The notes below the pieces were generated by a model. The model saw nothing but the letters and a program-made list of their open reading frames with translations. It was not told where the DNA came from and made no database searches. Made by a program: the position numbers and the translations under genes. This document shows, piece after piece, positions 42,101-54,089 of a DNA stretch of 64,000 bases. The DNA is from Tubulanus polymorphus (Eukaryota > Animalia > Nemertea): the NCBI RefSeq assembly GCF_964204645.1, contig NC_134026.1, forward strand, positions 6,347,950-6,411,949. The letters run 5' to 3'. The first letter of the stretch is position 1. Each line of letters starts with the position of its first letter.

Positions 42101-43313
42101 AATATAATTCCTCGAAAATCATAAGACTTAACAATACTCATAATTATGTAGCCACTTCTTTCGAGATCAGAGGGAATCCATTATATTTCTAACTATGGAA
42201 ATCTGTACAAATTGTTAATTCATCATTCCAAATTTTGATAAAACTAACCAAATTTAAGTCTACACTTCTTCAGGATAAAATTAGATAAAAATTGATCTAC
42301 AACTTTTATTCTTTTCAAAAGCTATGTTTCTCATGCAGTCATTATGTGCAATAAACCCCTTTTTAGCGGACGCAATAAATTTCAGAGTGAATGAAACAAT
42401 TGTATTTGGTATCTGATATATTTACGGGGTGAAGTGCCATCATTGACCCCTCCCTCATCTGTTCATATGAGGAAACATTTCCAGGTCACAGGCTCACTTA
42501 AAACTGCCACAATGAAAGCAGAAAATGACAACACAGAACTAACAAATCAGCAATAGTCTAGTGACATGCTGGAAACAATGTTCTATATATGGAGAAAATT
42601 ACATGTTTCTAAATTCAGTAAAACATCACTTCCTCATGGTAGTGTCTTCTATCTGTAAATCCATAATCAAAGAAACCTAACTTCCACTTTACAAATATAC
42701 TTGTATTTATCAGTAATCAAGGGAAGGAGATTTAATGTAAATTACCAAATATAATGTTTAGCTTTTCAAACATTTTATGTTAGATAAAATACTTAGTTGA
42801 GTTTTTTAATACATTATTTCTGATCCTAAATATATCAGTCATTTTCAGCATGTATTGAAATGTTTCTTTTTTTGTAAATAATTTAATTTCTAGATATCCC
42901 ATAAGCTTACTTATTATATTTATAACCCTATTAATATATAGATATCATACGAACACCTTATATCTTATGAACATATTTCATGTATCTGATTTTCACAGCA
43001 CATTTATTTTTGCTAAAAAGTGGTCAAATCTCATGTAATGAAACAGTTTACACTAAGAGGCTTATTTGATTCTATGATACAATGATCAAGAATTTACCTC
43101 AAGAAAGATTTTTTCTTAAGTGACAGGATAAGTTTAAGAAGTGAATGTAAATTTATGAGTAACTTATTTTCGTTTAACTTTAAATAATACAATAGGAAAA
43201 CTTAAAATCATCTTTATTCACTTACCTGAAATCATTCGTTCATTGAGGGATGAAAACTGAGAATAAACTCCTCCAAACAACAAACAACTTAAAATCAGAG
43301 AATATTTCTCCAT
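18119..43313 (-). CDS. LAMA1/2: Laminin subunit alpha, alpha-1/2 (wing blister) type, complete multi-exon gene
   Basis: Signal-peptide exon 43313-43226 ([18 protein letters not shown]). LN domain from 42055 ([23 protein letters not shown]...WWQSPS...[13 protein letters not shown]). Then LE repeats, two L4/laminin IV domains (~37290-35000 and ~32240-31240), coiled coil (~28100-25270) and LG domains (~24900-18119) ending GYCPK-stop. Confidence 0.95.
22871..22975 (+). repeat. Dispersed ~105-bp repeat (other copies at 60095-60340)
   Basis: TAACCTGTCTG(A/T)GGTTTA...GATCG...AAAGCTTACCACC..CGATAAGGTAA shared with two tandem copies near 60095 and 60240. Confidence 0.7.
23664..23945. mobile_element. 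Harbinger-like MITE with CAG TSD and internal ~122-bp duplication
   Basis: TIR GGCCCGGTTTCATAG / CTATGAAACCCAGCC with CAG flanks; related shorter copy at ~22520-22626. Confidence 0.7.
25844..25890 (-). ncRNA. Minimal type I hammerhead ribozyme motif in Penelope-like remnant (~25788-26038)
   Basis: Reverse complement TTATTC-CTGAAGA-T-GACTATTAGGATATAGTC-GAAA-CGTT-GAAATAA; sense to the laminin pre-mRNA. Confidence 0.6.
29813..30723 (-). repeat. Coding tandem repeat (33-nt [11 protein letters not shown] and 18-nt GGKGPD units) inside laminin exon 30775-29705
   Basis: 1071-nt exon, phase 0 at both ends, no stop in the laminin frame; 22 CCAGAGCC (DGSG) units counted. Confidence 0.92.
35266..36286. 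mobile_element. Helentron-associated non-autonomous element (HINE/DINE-1-like)
   Basis: Subterminal IR GCCCACTTGGGA (35289-35300) / TCCCAAGTGGGC (36268-36279), terminal hairpin 36251-36279, (GGAC/GAAC)n microsatellite ~36206-36234, internal ~100-bp repeats, A-run end. Confidence 0.7.
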
Positions 43314-44334
43314 TTTCCCAGAGTTATGGAGTAATGGGCTAAATATTAGAGAAGCAACCTGAACCCACGTTCATCTCTGAGCTCTCAGATACAGGCTACT
43401 AATACTAGCTCCATCTATTAGGATGGTTAGTAATTAACAACCATCTCATCAATCCTTCATTCAGATATTAATAAACAAAACTCGTCAAATAATTATAGAA
43501 TATTTATTATCATTGAATAAAAACGTTTTGTATAATTTTTTGTCATGATTGAAAAATATCTTTTGTGAGAAAAGTAAAATTGCATCTATCATTGTGCATG
43601 TTTTATTGCTATTTACGTTTGTCATTCGAGTGATAAGTGGACGGATGGAGTAACAGACTTTTTAAATATAATCATATATATGAGTTTCTAGTATGGCATT
43701 TTTTTTCTGGACGGATATTTTGAAAATATAAAAATATATGTATAAATCTTATACAACGATACTATACTTTGTACAATATCTCTATTAATTAAAGTAATTA
43801 ACAAACTAATTGATACAGGTATTTCCAGCAGATATTTATAATTTTGCCTCTAGTGTCACAATAGATTATGTTACAATTAATGAATTCATCCATCAACATC
43901 AGGAGTTCAAAGTATTGCTATTGCTACTGCTGCAACTTTGTGATTGCACCAGAAGGGTCATTTTGCAGGATTACTACAGTTTTCTAATCATTATGCTGAA
44001 TATAGAAATACAGTGGAACCTCATTTAAAATTGAATTGATATGATTTGAAACCAATTCATTAATAATATTTGGCAACAGTACACACCATTTTTTGTAGTG
44101 ATATTTGACTCTGCTTGACAGTTCTGTATTGAATGGGGTTTCACCGTATATTGAGATCTAAGATTACTATTGCTATTGAAATTGATTTCAGATACCAGAG
44201 ATGTGGCAAAAACACTTACAAATACTTTATACAACAACCACAGCACAGATCTAACATTCAGTTACAGAATGGAGTTGAGTCGGTCGTGACTTCTGAGACA
44301 AATGGAAGCCGTGAATGACTACTGGACTGAGATT

Positions 44335-47300
44335 TCAGTTTTTACGAGCGGCTCTGTTATAAACAGATACACCGGACATTGATGTTATACGACCGTCTCT
44401 GGCATCCATTCCTAACATACCGCGTAGTTTAGTGATCTCATCTCTATATCTGTAATATAACAACAAACAATCAGCAAATAGATAAATGAAATAATTAATT
44501 CACTGTGACTGCAGGTTAAGTCTCCCTAATAGTGTCCTGAATTACCTTATTAGCCCTAACCCAATACTCGCTTCAAATAGAGTATAATGCTGACCTAAAT
44601 TGCAGGCTTACCCTTATCTATAAACCATGACCACAAAGTTCTAAATTCATATTTAGGATTTTTAATACAAATTCATGACTTCAACTGACTAACTTGTAGT
44701 GACAGCGGCAATGACACCTGTGACAGAGTGATCACCTATGGTCAGCATTGCTGAGTAACCCTAGGGCAGATTGTGTAGAACAGAACTGGTCCCCTGACAT
44801 AAACAAATCAGTTACATCTAGGGTGGGCACATGGCTGTTTGGTCGCCTGATGTAAACACTAGCAGCTGTGTCAAACTTTTGATATTAGAACTTGATGATA
44901 ATATGAGTTGAATGAAATTACCTAATAAGGTGCTTATCGATATAATCCTGACAATCTTTTAGTTGTTCTTCTAACATGGTATTTTTAGTGAGTAAATTAG
45001 CTCGTTCGTCCTCCAGTTCTTGTTGCGTTGTCAGTGTAAATTCCCGTAGCTGTTTTCGTAAATTCGACCATCTTTCTGGTTGATCTTCCTTTTCGTCAGT
45101 GCTCGCCGCGTCAGTTTTAGGTTTCACATTCTTTTAAATTTGAAATTACGCAAGATGAAAAAAAAATAAAGCGTATCATGCAATAAATATTCTAAGAAAG
45201 TTGCGCAAATTTTGCTGCTTCAAAACTTCATACGTGTAAGTCAGTCAGATATCTGTGAATTTCATTGTAAAAAAATTTTTATCAAATTTTTATCAAAAGT
45301 TAAAATCAGAATAAAATTCACTTTTGATATTTTAAATTTTGTGTATAATTTTCAACTGTTTCTATATTCCTTTCAGCTCACTTAGGATTTACGCGTATTT
45401 TATTTTTACCTGACTGTTTTTCAGACGTTCGTTTTCGTTCTCCAATCGCTGCACGTCCGATTTCAGTTTTTCGATTTCCTTCTTATTCGAAGTTTCCAGT
45501 TCGTCGTCGTCGATGTAGAAATGAGTTTCGTCGGGCCCCATTTCGTCGTCGGTTAAACCGCGAGCTTCAGCGGTTTGACGTAAATTCCTAGAAAAAATCA
45601 TCTCTCAAACTTACAACTGATCCGGACAAAAGAGCATCAATGAACAGCAGTATATCAACAATCGCTAAATAGGGACGAACAGCCAAACTTTCTCTTTGCC
45701 CTTATGAGTTGATATGTTTGCCTGGATTGCTTGTTTGCTGAAACTGGCAATGGGAAACGCGCAAATTCGTGAAGACCAAAGCTACGAAGGCTATTGAATT
45801 TTTTTTTCTATTTATCTTACAGGGATAGATGGGGGCCCAGGATATTCAAAGCATATAATTTCTATAAGTCCCATAAGTCCCAAAGATCTGCCCATGGCAC
45901 TCAAAATTTTGAGGGTCTTCCAGAAGTCCGTCTCTACCCTGAATGAAGTAGGCCGATTTTCACCTGTAAGCGACTAACAACTGTTCATGTCGTTTCACTG
46001 TATTCTTAGCTCGACGTTTAAAACTCTGAGCAGCTTGAGCGAGTTGACCTTCGCGGAATTTATGGGCCTCTTTCAAATCTTTCACCATCTTGTTGACGAA
46101 TTCTTTGTATTTTTCTGGAGTTGCAGTTTTACCGGGCATCCCGGCGCCGGTATCAACATAATCCTGAAATCCAGGTAAATACATCATATTAGACTAATAT
46201 CCCATCTGTATTATCACACGCGTAATTACCCTTAAAAACACATAACATAACTAAAACATCTTCTCCCATAAGGAAGACTTGTTCTTTGGAACCAAAATTC
46301 TCTTGTTCATTTTCAAAGTAGGAGAACATGTCTATGAAGAAGAATCATTTCTCCACAGTGAATGTTTTGCTTGAAAAATGGTGTTCTTTGTAGAAAGGTT
46401 TTGCTGAACATAGACAGAGAAGACTCTGCTTGCTGTGGGGTCAATTACCTCGGATTATTGTGATCTGAGGCAAGCCCAGTAAACATACCCCTACCGGTAC
46501 ATGATATTCATAAAACTTACTGCTATATCTTCGACCCATTTATTCAAACGTGATTTATAGTTATCGTTGACATCTTTCATTTTATTCTGTAGTTTATTCG
46601 ACTCGTGTTGTAATTCTTCATTCAGTTGTTTCGTTGTTATCAGTTGCTGAAAAACCATGAAAAAAAAACGCCTTAAAACTAGTGTTTTTCCGATGTAAGA
46701 TTCCTATCCAGATTCTGAAGAAACTTACGGCATTCAGATCAGAAATCTTCTGTTGTTTTTCACGGACGAGGTTTCGTTGAGTCGCCAATTCTTTCTGTAA
46801 CTCATCCCTAAAATCGAATCCGTTCTCTAATAATTCATTAATCTGACACTGGAGTAAAAACTGGAGTGTTCACATTTTGAAAAATCGTTTTTAAATGTTT
46901 CATCATAGGATTTTACCCTCAGAAATCGTAAAATGTCGCATTGACTGGAAATAATGTAAAACAGTAGTAAAACTTACAGTTTCTGTTCTAGTGTTTGTTG
47001 TTGGTCTTCGTACTGGTTTTTCATGCGATGAATTTCATTTTCAAAATTTCTCTGGTTCGAAAGCAGCTAAAAATATGTCACAAAATGAAATCTAATGATA
47101 ATACAAACCACTACCAGTTGCAGGTTACCTGCATTTACATTAACAACTAAACTTACATCTTTTTCAACTGCATTTTTGTCTGGTGTTGAAGATTTATACT
47201 GATCAACCTGGAAATGAAAAAAAAATGAAAACCTTTTTGAAATCTGACGATTGGATAAATGGCTGCAATCAGGTTTTGTGTTCTGATTAGTCAGAATAGC

Positions 47301-50300
47301 AGACAACGTTCGTGTTTCCCATCAAAGTCAAATGTTTTGTGACTTTCTACGATCATGAAAAACCATTCTTCATAATAGAATTATGCAGAATCAATAGTTA
47401 ACTTCCATCGAATTAGATAAAAGTGCATTAGAGGTGGGTTGATGGTACTCGAAAAATCAGGGATTAATCTTATCGGTTTGCCTTATTAAGGCTTAGACGT
47501 TGTTTAGGGATGACAGCTAGATTGATACTAGATTACGTTCAGATGAGTCACTGTGATACGTACATTAATTTTAGGTCTGGCCGTGTGTTCACCAACCATT
47601 GATTTGATACGATCAACTTCAGCATCAGGATTACCGAATGAATGGGATATCGGTTGACCACCTTTCACTGCTCCGTACGCTTTCTCAAGATTCTCTACTT
47701 GTTTCATCAGAATCGCTTTCGCGTTTACCAGATTCAACAATTCCATGCTCAATTCATCACTTTTAGCAACCTTTAAAACAAAAGCATCGATTCCTTAGAC
47801 AATTGCCCTACTTGGTGCTGGTGGAGTCAGGGAGTTCAGTTTTGCCTCAGATTACGGGTATACTACCGGGTAATTATACATGATCAAATACCCAAACGCT
47901 TACTCAGTATGTGCCACGGACACTGAGTTTCATTTTACCAGTCTCAACCTTACAGTAGTAAGAGACAGGATCTACTATGTTTCACAAACTCTTACTCAGT
48001 ATTTTTCACCACCACAGGGTAGAATTTTACCAGTCTCAACTTTACCGCAGTAGGGGGCAGAGTCTTCTGTATTTCACAAACTCTTACTCAGTATTTGACA
48101 CAAATATTGTGGAGTTTTAACAGTTTGAGTCTAGATTAGAATATGCATGAGTCTTAAAGACCTCTTAAATGATATTTTGAGACATTGATTTTATGACGTA
48201 ATTTACCTCAGCTTTATGAGCTTTAGTTAAACCGAGATAGTTCGATTTTAATGTCACGTATTCATCGGCTAAATCCCTCCTTTCTCTCTCAATCTCTTCC
48301 AGTCGTTCTCTAGCGTTTAACGCCGCTTTACGGAATTTATCTCGGTCCAATTCTTGTTTAACGAGATCATTCTCAAGCTGAAGAACCTGTAGAAATAATA
48401 ACAAATTAAATCTTAATTCTTCCCACCTTCCGAATGGATAACTGACATAGTGACTATTGAAACAAGTTCAGATGTAGGAATTCATTTGATGCTTTTACTA
48501 TTTCCAACTTTTAAACAGTTAGGCTCAGTGATTTTTCTCAAGAATCTAATTATGAACCACAACTAGACATATACGTAAATATTCACCTTATTCGTAAGTT
48601 CGAATTTAGTCTGTTCCATTTCTTCAATCAGTTTATTGTTCTCAATCTGCATGTCTACTAATGTTTTTGACACCTGAATCAAATAAAATCAACTATTAAT
48701 ACAATACATTGTCGTATTTCAGCACCACCTGAACTCAGTTCCACAGTTCTCCAGAATTAAGATGAGTTGATTTCAGATGATTTAACAATAGAGCCAAATT
48801 TTTTCCAAGGACTGCGCAACTGTATCCTGAACCTCAGAGTCAAAGAAGAATCTCTCAATTCTCATACCTTCAGTTTTTCTTCCTCTGTCATCAACAGTTG
48901 ACCGGAGAGGTCAGTTTTCGTTGTGGCTAGGTTACCAAATTTCGCCTGTAACTGGTCGAGTCGATAGTGAAGACGTTCATTTTTATCTTTGAGTTGAAGC
49001 TGCAGAAAGAATACCAGTCAAATAATGAATCATTGTTGATTATTTACGGTAGAATCATGAAATGGCTGCACTGAGTTGGATCCTCTTAGACTTACATTCT
49101 CCGTTTGAAGACGTCTCATTTCATCCTTCGCGTTTGCCATGTCGGTCGGATTATTCAATGAAACACCGACTCCTAACTGTTTCTTCAAATCGATGATTTC
49201 AGCTCTGTATTGAGTCAATAATTGCTACAAAAAACAACAATGTTACAATAGGACAAGACTCTCTCATTCCCTTGATCCAGACACGAGACAATGTCTTAGT
49301 GTCGACGATACAGTCTACATTTCCTATAGATCTTTAAAACTCAAGTTAGTCTACAAAACGAGCAAAACCTAGTAAAACTCTTATTATGCACTAAAATAGG
49401 ACTTTTTCAAGATTTTCGACTAAAATGTAAGTGAGTAAAAATTCTTACCTGAGCGAAGCTGTCGTTCCTGATTGGGAAATTCTTCACCTGAGATATGTGG
49501 TTACACGTCCTGAGTATAGGTGTCAGCACTTTGTGGTCGGTGTTTGGTTTGAGACAGACTATAACACGGGTTTTACAATTTCCTCCCAATTCATCTTTCA
49601 TCAGAGACATCAATTTAGAGTCACTAAATCAAACATTAAAAACGTTTAATTTCTAGATAGAATCGAGCACATTTTAATGAAATGAATGTCAATATTTTAC
49701 CTGTAATTGATGACTCTATTCGGTGATGGTTGCTGCGCGAGATTCTGAACGGTTTCCATAAATGCGGTCAATCCTTTATTAAGCGTCGGTCCCTCTCTGA
49801 GTCGCAGATGCGTCGGATCATCCATTAGTTTCTCCGCTCCAGGCATCTCAATAATGGTGAACCGAGATTTATGAGGAAATGGATCGTCTTTGGTTTGCTG
49901 AATATCAAAAGAGTACAGAAAACCCTCAATCATTCACTTCTATTGGAAGCTTTTGACAACAAATCTTAGAAATTCAAAGTCTATTACTTGAATTATCATC
50001 TACCTTAAATATAAATCACTAGACCCCAATTGGTTCATTTTAGGAGAAGTCTACTATCAGGACCCAGTTATACAAAAACTAGTCCAAATCAGTTCATTTT
50101 GAATAAGTTAAAGAGACTTAAGTCAAATTCGAACTTAGAAATCCTTCGAACTGGGTCCAGGATTTCGACCTGATTAATGTTCTATGTAAAAACAAATTAG
50201 AACAAAAGTGAAAACATCAGCGTGTTTTTTGAGCAGCTAGTTTTGTATGTCGTACCAGTTCTAGTTCAAGTTGTATAATCGTGGCAGCAAAATTGATCGC

Positions 50301-52172
50301 TGGTCCGAAATCAGTGTAAGCGTTAGAGCGACGACTCCAGCCTTGTCTAAACAAGGAAATGGCATCAGAGCCAGTCCTGATCGGCATTGATGTTGAGTGC
50401 TGTAATAAAACAAAAGGCAAATACACTTAACTGTAAATAATTCACCGAGTTGAGAACTAGGGAAACAGAAAGTTTTTGAATTAGATTTTTGCAAAATTGA
50501 AATATACAATTAAAACAAAAGTATCCTAGAAAAAATATATTTTCTCCTCTGAACCGAGTATTACGCTAAGGCTACATTGATTTTTACAGGAGGTATGAAA
50601 GGGCAGTGAGCGGTTTAGAAAGGATTGACCGTTTTTAAAATAAAGTTTGACCTTCACGTTGAATCCTTTCTCGGCTATTTCTTCAATCAGTAGATAGTCG
50701 TTGGTTGTTTTTGGAACGACGAGTAAATCACGAACTTGATCGTTATAAACTTCAAACATGCTTAAATTCACCGACGCCGGTTCTTCATTCAACGCAGAAT
50801 CATACAGATATTTATCATCTGACGAGTAATAGAAAATTCATTCGATGAATTACATGACGAAATAATGATCTAAATGATGAACGATCTCACAATTGATGAT
50901 ATCGGATATTTATCAAATTAATCTCGATCTCATCTTCAGAGAAACAGAAATCTCAGAAATTATTACACAAAACACATCTGTTAATCTGTAATCATCTAGA
51001 TGAAGCATTATACGTATTCAAGATACGCAGACAAATCACAAAATCATATCTAGTGAAAAAAGTACTACTTCAAGAGTAAGCAAGAACAGTTTTATAGATT
51101 GAGAAGATACACAATTTCTGTGTAAGATGAATAAAATGTACATCCTTCAATTTTTTTAAGTTAAATCTTTATATTCTTTTATAAGTCTTTATGGATATCA
51201 TTATGTAGGCCATAGGTGAAACGTTGCTCCATATAGGTCTACTCATTTATAACAAGAACTTTTTGCTAAAATTATAGTGGGATTTCTAACGTAAAAGTTT
51301 TATATCTGAAGGAACAGAGACTAACAGGCTCAACTTACCTAAATTCAACCTTGAGAATAGTTGATCCAGCGCAATTGGCAATATGCCAGATTTATTCATA
51401 CTTTCACCGGCGACTGTGAATGATTTTCCTGACCCGGATTCACCCATCACGACCAGTGATACGTTAAACCCAGCTATAAACAGATCCAACATCGGATCAA
51501 CTGATTTCTGATATAAATCATACGTCGATATTTCCTGCCTGTACAACGTCATAAAACTAAAAAAACAAAAACAATGACAATGTGCATAAATTATTTACTG
51601 AAGCCAAAGTAGAGTCAGTAACCAGACCTAGTTCTTTCTGGCTGATAGACATTATAAGTAGGCTTGGGTTCATAGCTGTCAGCCCTACAGTCTAGAAGGC
51701 CTACCAAGCAAAACGTTTTGTAAAGGGTAAACCCTAATTGTGTGAATACAAGCGAAACAACTTTTGATTGCCATGGCCAATTACCGATTTTTACAGGTTC
51801 TAATATGTTGCTGCGGCGAATTTACTTCAATTTCCCCAAAACGTAGTATTCAAAGAAAAAAAAATTCATTCAGTGAATAGGCTTATTGCTGCAGCTTTTG
51901 CCACTGCAGTCGCGACACTTCCAACACCACTGGAATTGCAGATAATTTCTTGTGAGTTTGCCCTCCTAAACCGTACCCCTCGGTTCAGATACAACTAAGG
52001 AACACGGAAACAGACTTTTTCTGGTCTCTGGATTGAACCTCGAGTGAATATCTTACCTGAAATAACTGCCACCGGGGCCAGTCGCCAGTCTGTGATGGTT
52101 GTCAATTTCGAGATTTAAATTACCTTCCCCATGAAGGGAAGGTCTTATACGACCCAGCACGTCTATATTCAT
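44335..52172 (-). CDS. CCDC78: CCDC78 orthologue with N-terminal degenerate kinesin motor domain
   Basis: About 19 exons from MNIDVLGRIRP (52172). Kinesin elements GFNVSLVVMGESGSGKSFT, SMFEVYNDQVRDLL, DSKLMSLMKDELGGNCKT. Then DUF4472-like EEKLKVSKTLVDMQIE...VLQLE and CCDC78-like C-terminus WSNLRKQLREFTLTTQQELEDERANLL...QDYIDKHLIRYRDEITKLR; TGA at 44335-44337. Confidence 0.88.
47895..48100. repeat. ~91-bp tandem repeat, about 2.3 copies
   Basis: AAAC(T/G)CTTACTCAGTAT at ~47895, 47985, 48078 with shared TTTTACCAGTCTCAAC. Confidence 0.75.
50061..50157. mobile_element. 97-bp MITE with CAG TSD
   Basis: CAG-GACCCAGTT...AACTGGGTC-CAG. Confidence 0.7.
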
Positions 52173-52410
52173 CTACAAGTGTTTAAGAATAGAAATTTGA
52201 CAGAAACCCGGAAGTAAGTTTTTTCCCCTTGATATTGCAAAATCACAATAAAATGTAAATTCAATTCTTATTTTTTGAGCTGACATTGGAAGACGCTAAA
52301 TTAAACTTACCTTTTTTGTATTAATGAACGGCGCAGTTTGTACGTATCAGGGGAATATTACGTGAAAATAATGAATTTCCCACGATTTCCACAACAACCG
52401 GCAGCCATGA

Positions 52411-52442
52411 TGTAAACAATCTGATAGCTCTAGATGGCAGCA
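52411..52442. promoter_or_regulatory. Forkhead-type motif and adjacent CTCF-like motif near the CCDC78 5' end
   Basis: TGTAAACAAT (52411-52420) and GCTCTAGATGGCAGCA (52427-52442) near a probable non-coding first exon ending at 52311. Motif match only. Confidence 0.25.
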
Positions 52443-54089
52443 CTAGACGGTTGTTCCGATTCAGTTGGTCGCATGCGGCATGGTTGCACAGGCCGTCTGA
52501 AGCATCTTTGTTAACAGTATCCCAGATACTTTAAAGATACTCGAAAGAAGATAAATTGTACCTAAGATGTGAATGCACTAATACTGTGGCACGTGGGTTA
52601 CGTCTCGTAACCCGCATGCCACAGTAGGAATATTACGCTGTCGGGTTAGTTCACATATTCACCGTCAACGACATGTATAGAGGCAGCATCAGGCAGTCAA
52701 GTTGAAGCACTGTCGGCGTCGGGCCCTCGGACTAAATAAGTACGAGTAACTAGACAACACCCAAATTTGATCAAATATCTTTTTGTAACGCTTAGGTCGA
52801 TGACCCTTTTCCACAAAAACTAGGTACTAGAAAAGTGGTAGATTAGATTTACCATTTTTGACAATCACTGTTGTGTAGGGCCAGATTCCCTATGTTCAAT
52901 CACTGGAGCAGCCAGGAAGGACCTCGGAAAAATCCACAACAAAATAATACAATAATTAAGAGATATCAACATTTATTTAAACGCAACAGGATATAAACGA
53001 TTTAGCAGCTTATAAAACTAAGGGTCAAGAAACCAACTTTTTAGTCAAACATGCATTCACTAAAAATAAATCTGTCTAGACTACTAGGCCTTTATTTAAA
53101 CGTAATCAAAGTCCTTCACTAGACTAGAAATATATGGCAACATAGCACCATTACGAAATCAAAGAAAATGCTCAATATGATCGATTATGACTTTGATTAT
53201 AGCTTGGGAGGTATCATTCGTCAAATAGTTACTCCAAGCTAGAACCACGAATATAGCTTTAATAAAATCACTTCATATGAAATTAGCTTTTTATATTGAT
53301 ATTATCATATCTCTCTACACTATGGAATCACATAAAATCTAGTAATCAGATTTAGTCATCAGAGGCAACAGTATATTTATTTATCATAGATAATAATAAT
53401 AATTATAATAATAATACTAATATTCATTTTCACTTGAAATTGAAGAACAGTTGTAAGTTATATAGAACAGTTATAAAAAGTTACGATATCAGTGGTAGGA
53501 CTGGTGTTCATCAAAAGTGAAATTACTTGTATAAGTATGAGTCACTTCATGGGAAGATCTACGGGGGTTTTAGTAAATCAGATAAAAGTTCTAAGCCATT
53601 AACCAAAGAAAGTGCAATCTATATATACATGCAGGGGCCAGTTGGACTGGTGGATAAATACCATAGCAACAATGCACTTTCAATTGTCACCATGTCAACT
53701 ATCCACTGGTTAACTCTAACCAACTTTTGAGCAACTTGCCCAAGGTATCTGCCTGGACCCAGCTGCACCTGCTCAGACATTCCAATCTTCCGATATTTGC
53801 TTGTCGCACCAGACATTAGACATTTCAAATTCCAATACTGATCATCTTCAATTCAACTTACAATGACGAATGTCTCAAGAGGTGTGGCTCAGGGCTGCAG
53901 ACTACATACGTGTCACATGAAGGCTTCATCAGAAATAATATAGCTCTTGAAAACATTATCATATATGGAAAACATAATATACATATCATAAATATACGTT
54001 TTCTCGATGATTTCTATAGCTTCTAACAAAAATAATCTCACCATAGAATACACCGAAAATATCTGTACTGTATACAAATGTATTCTAAT

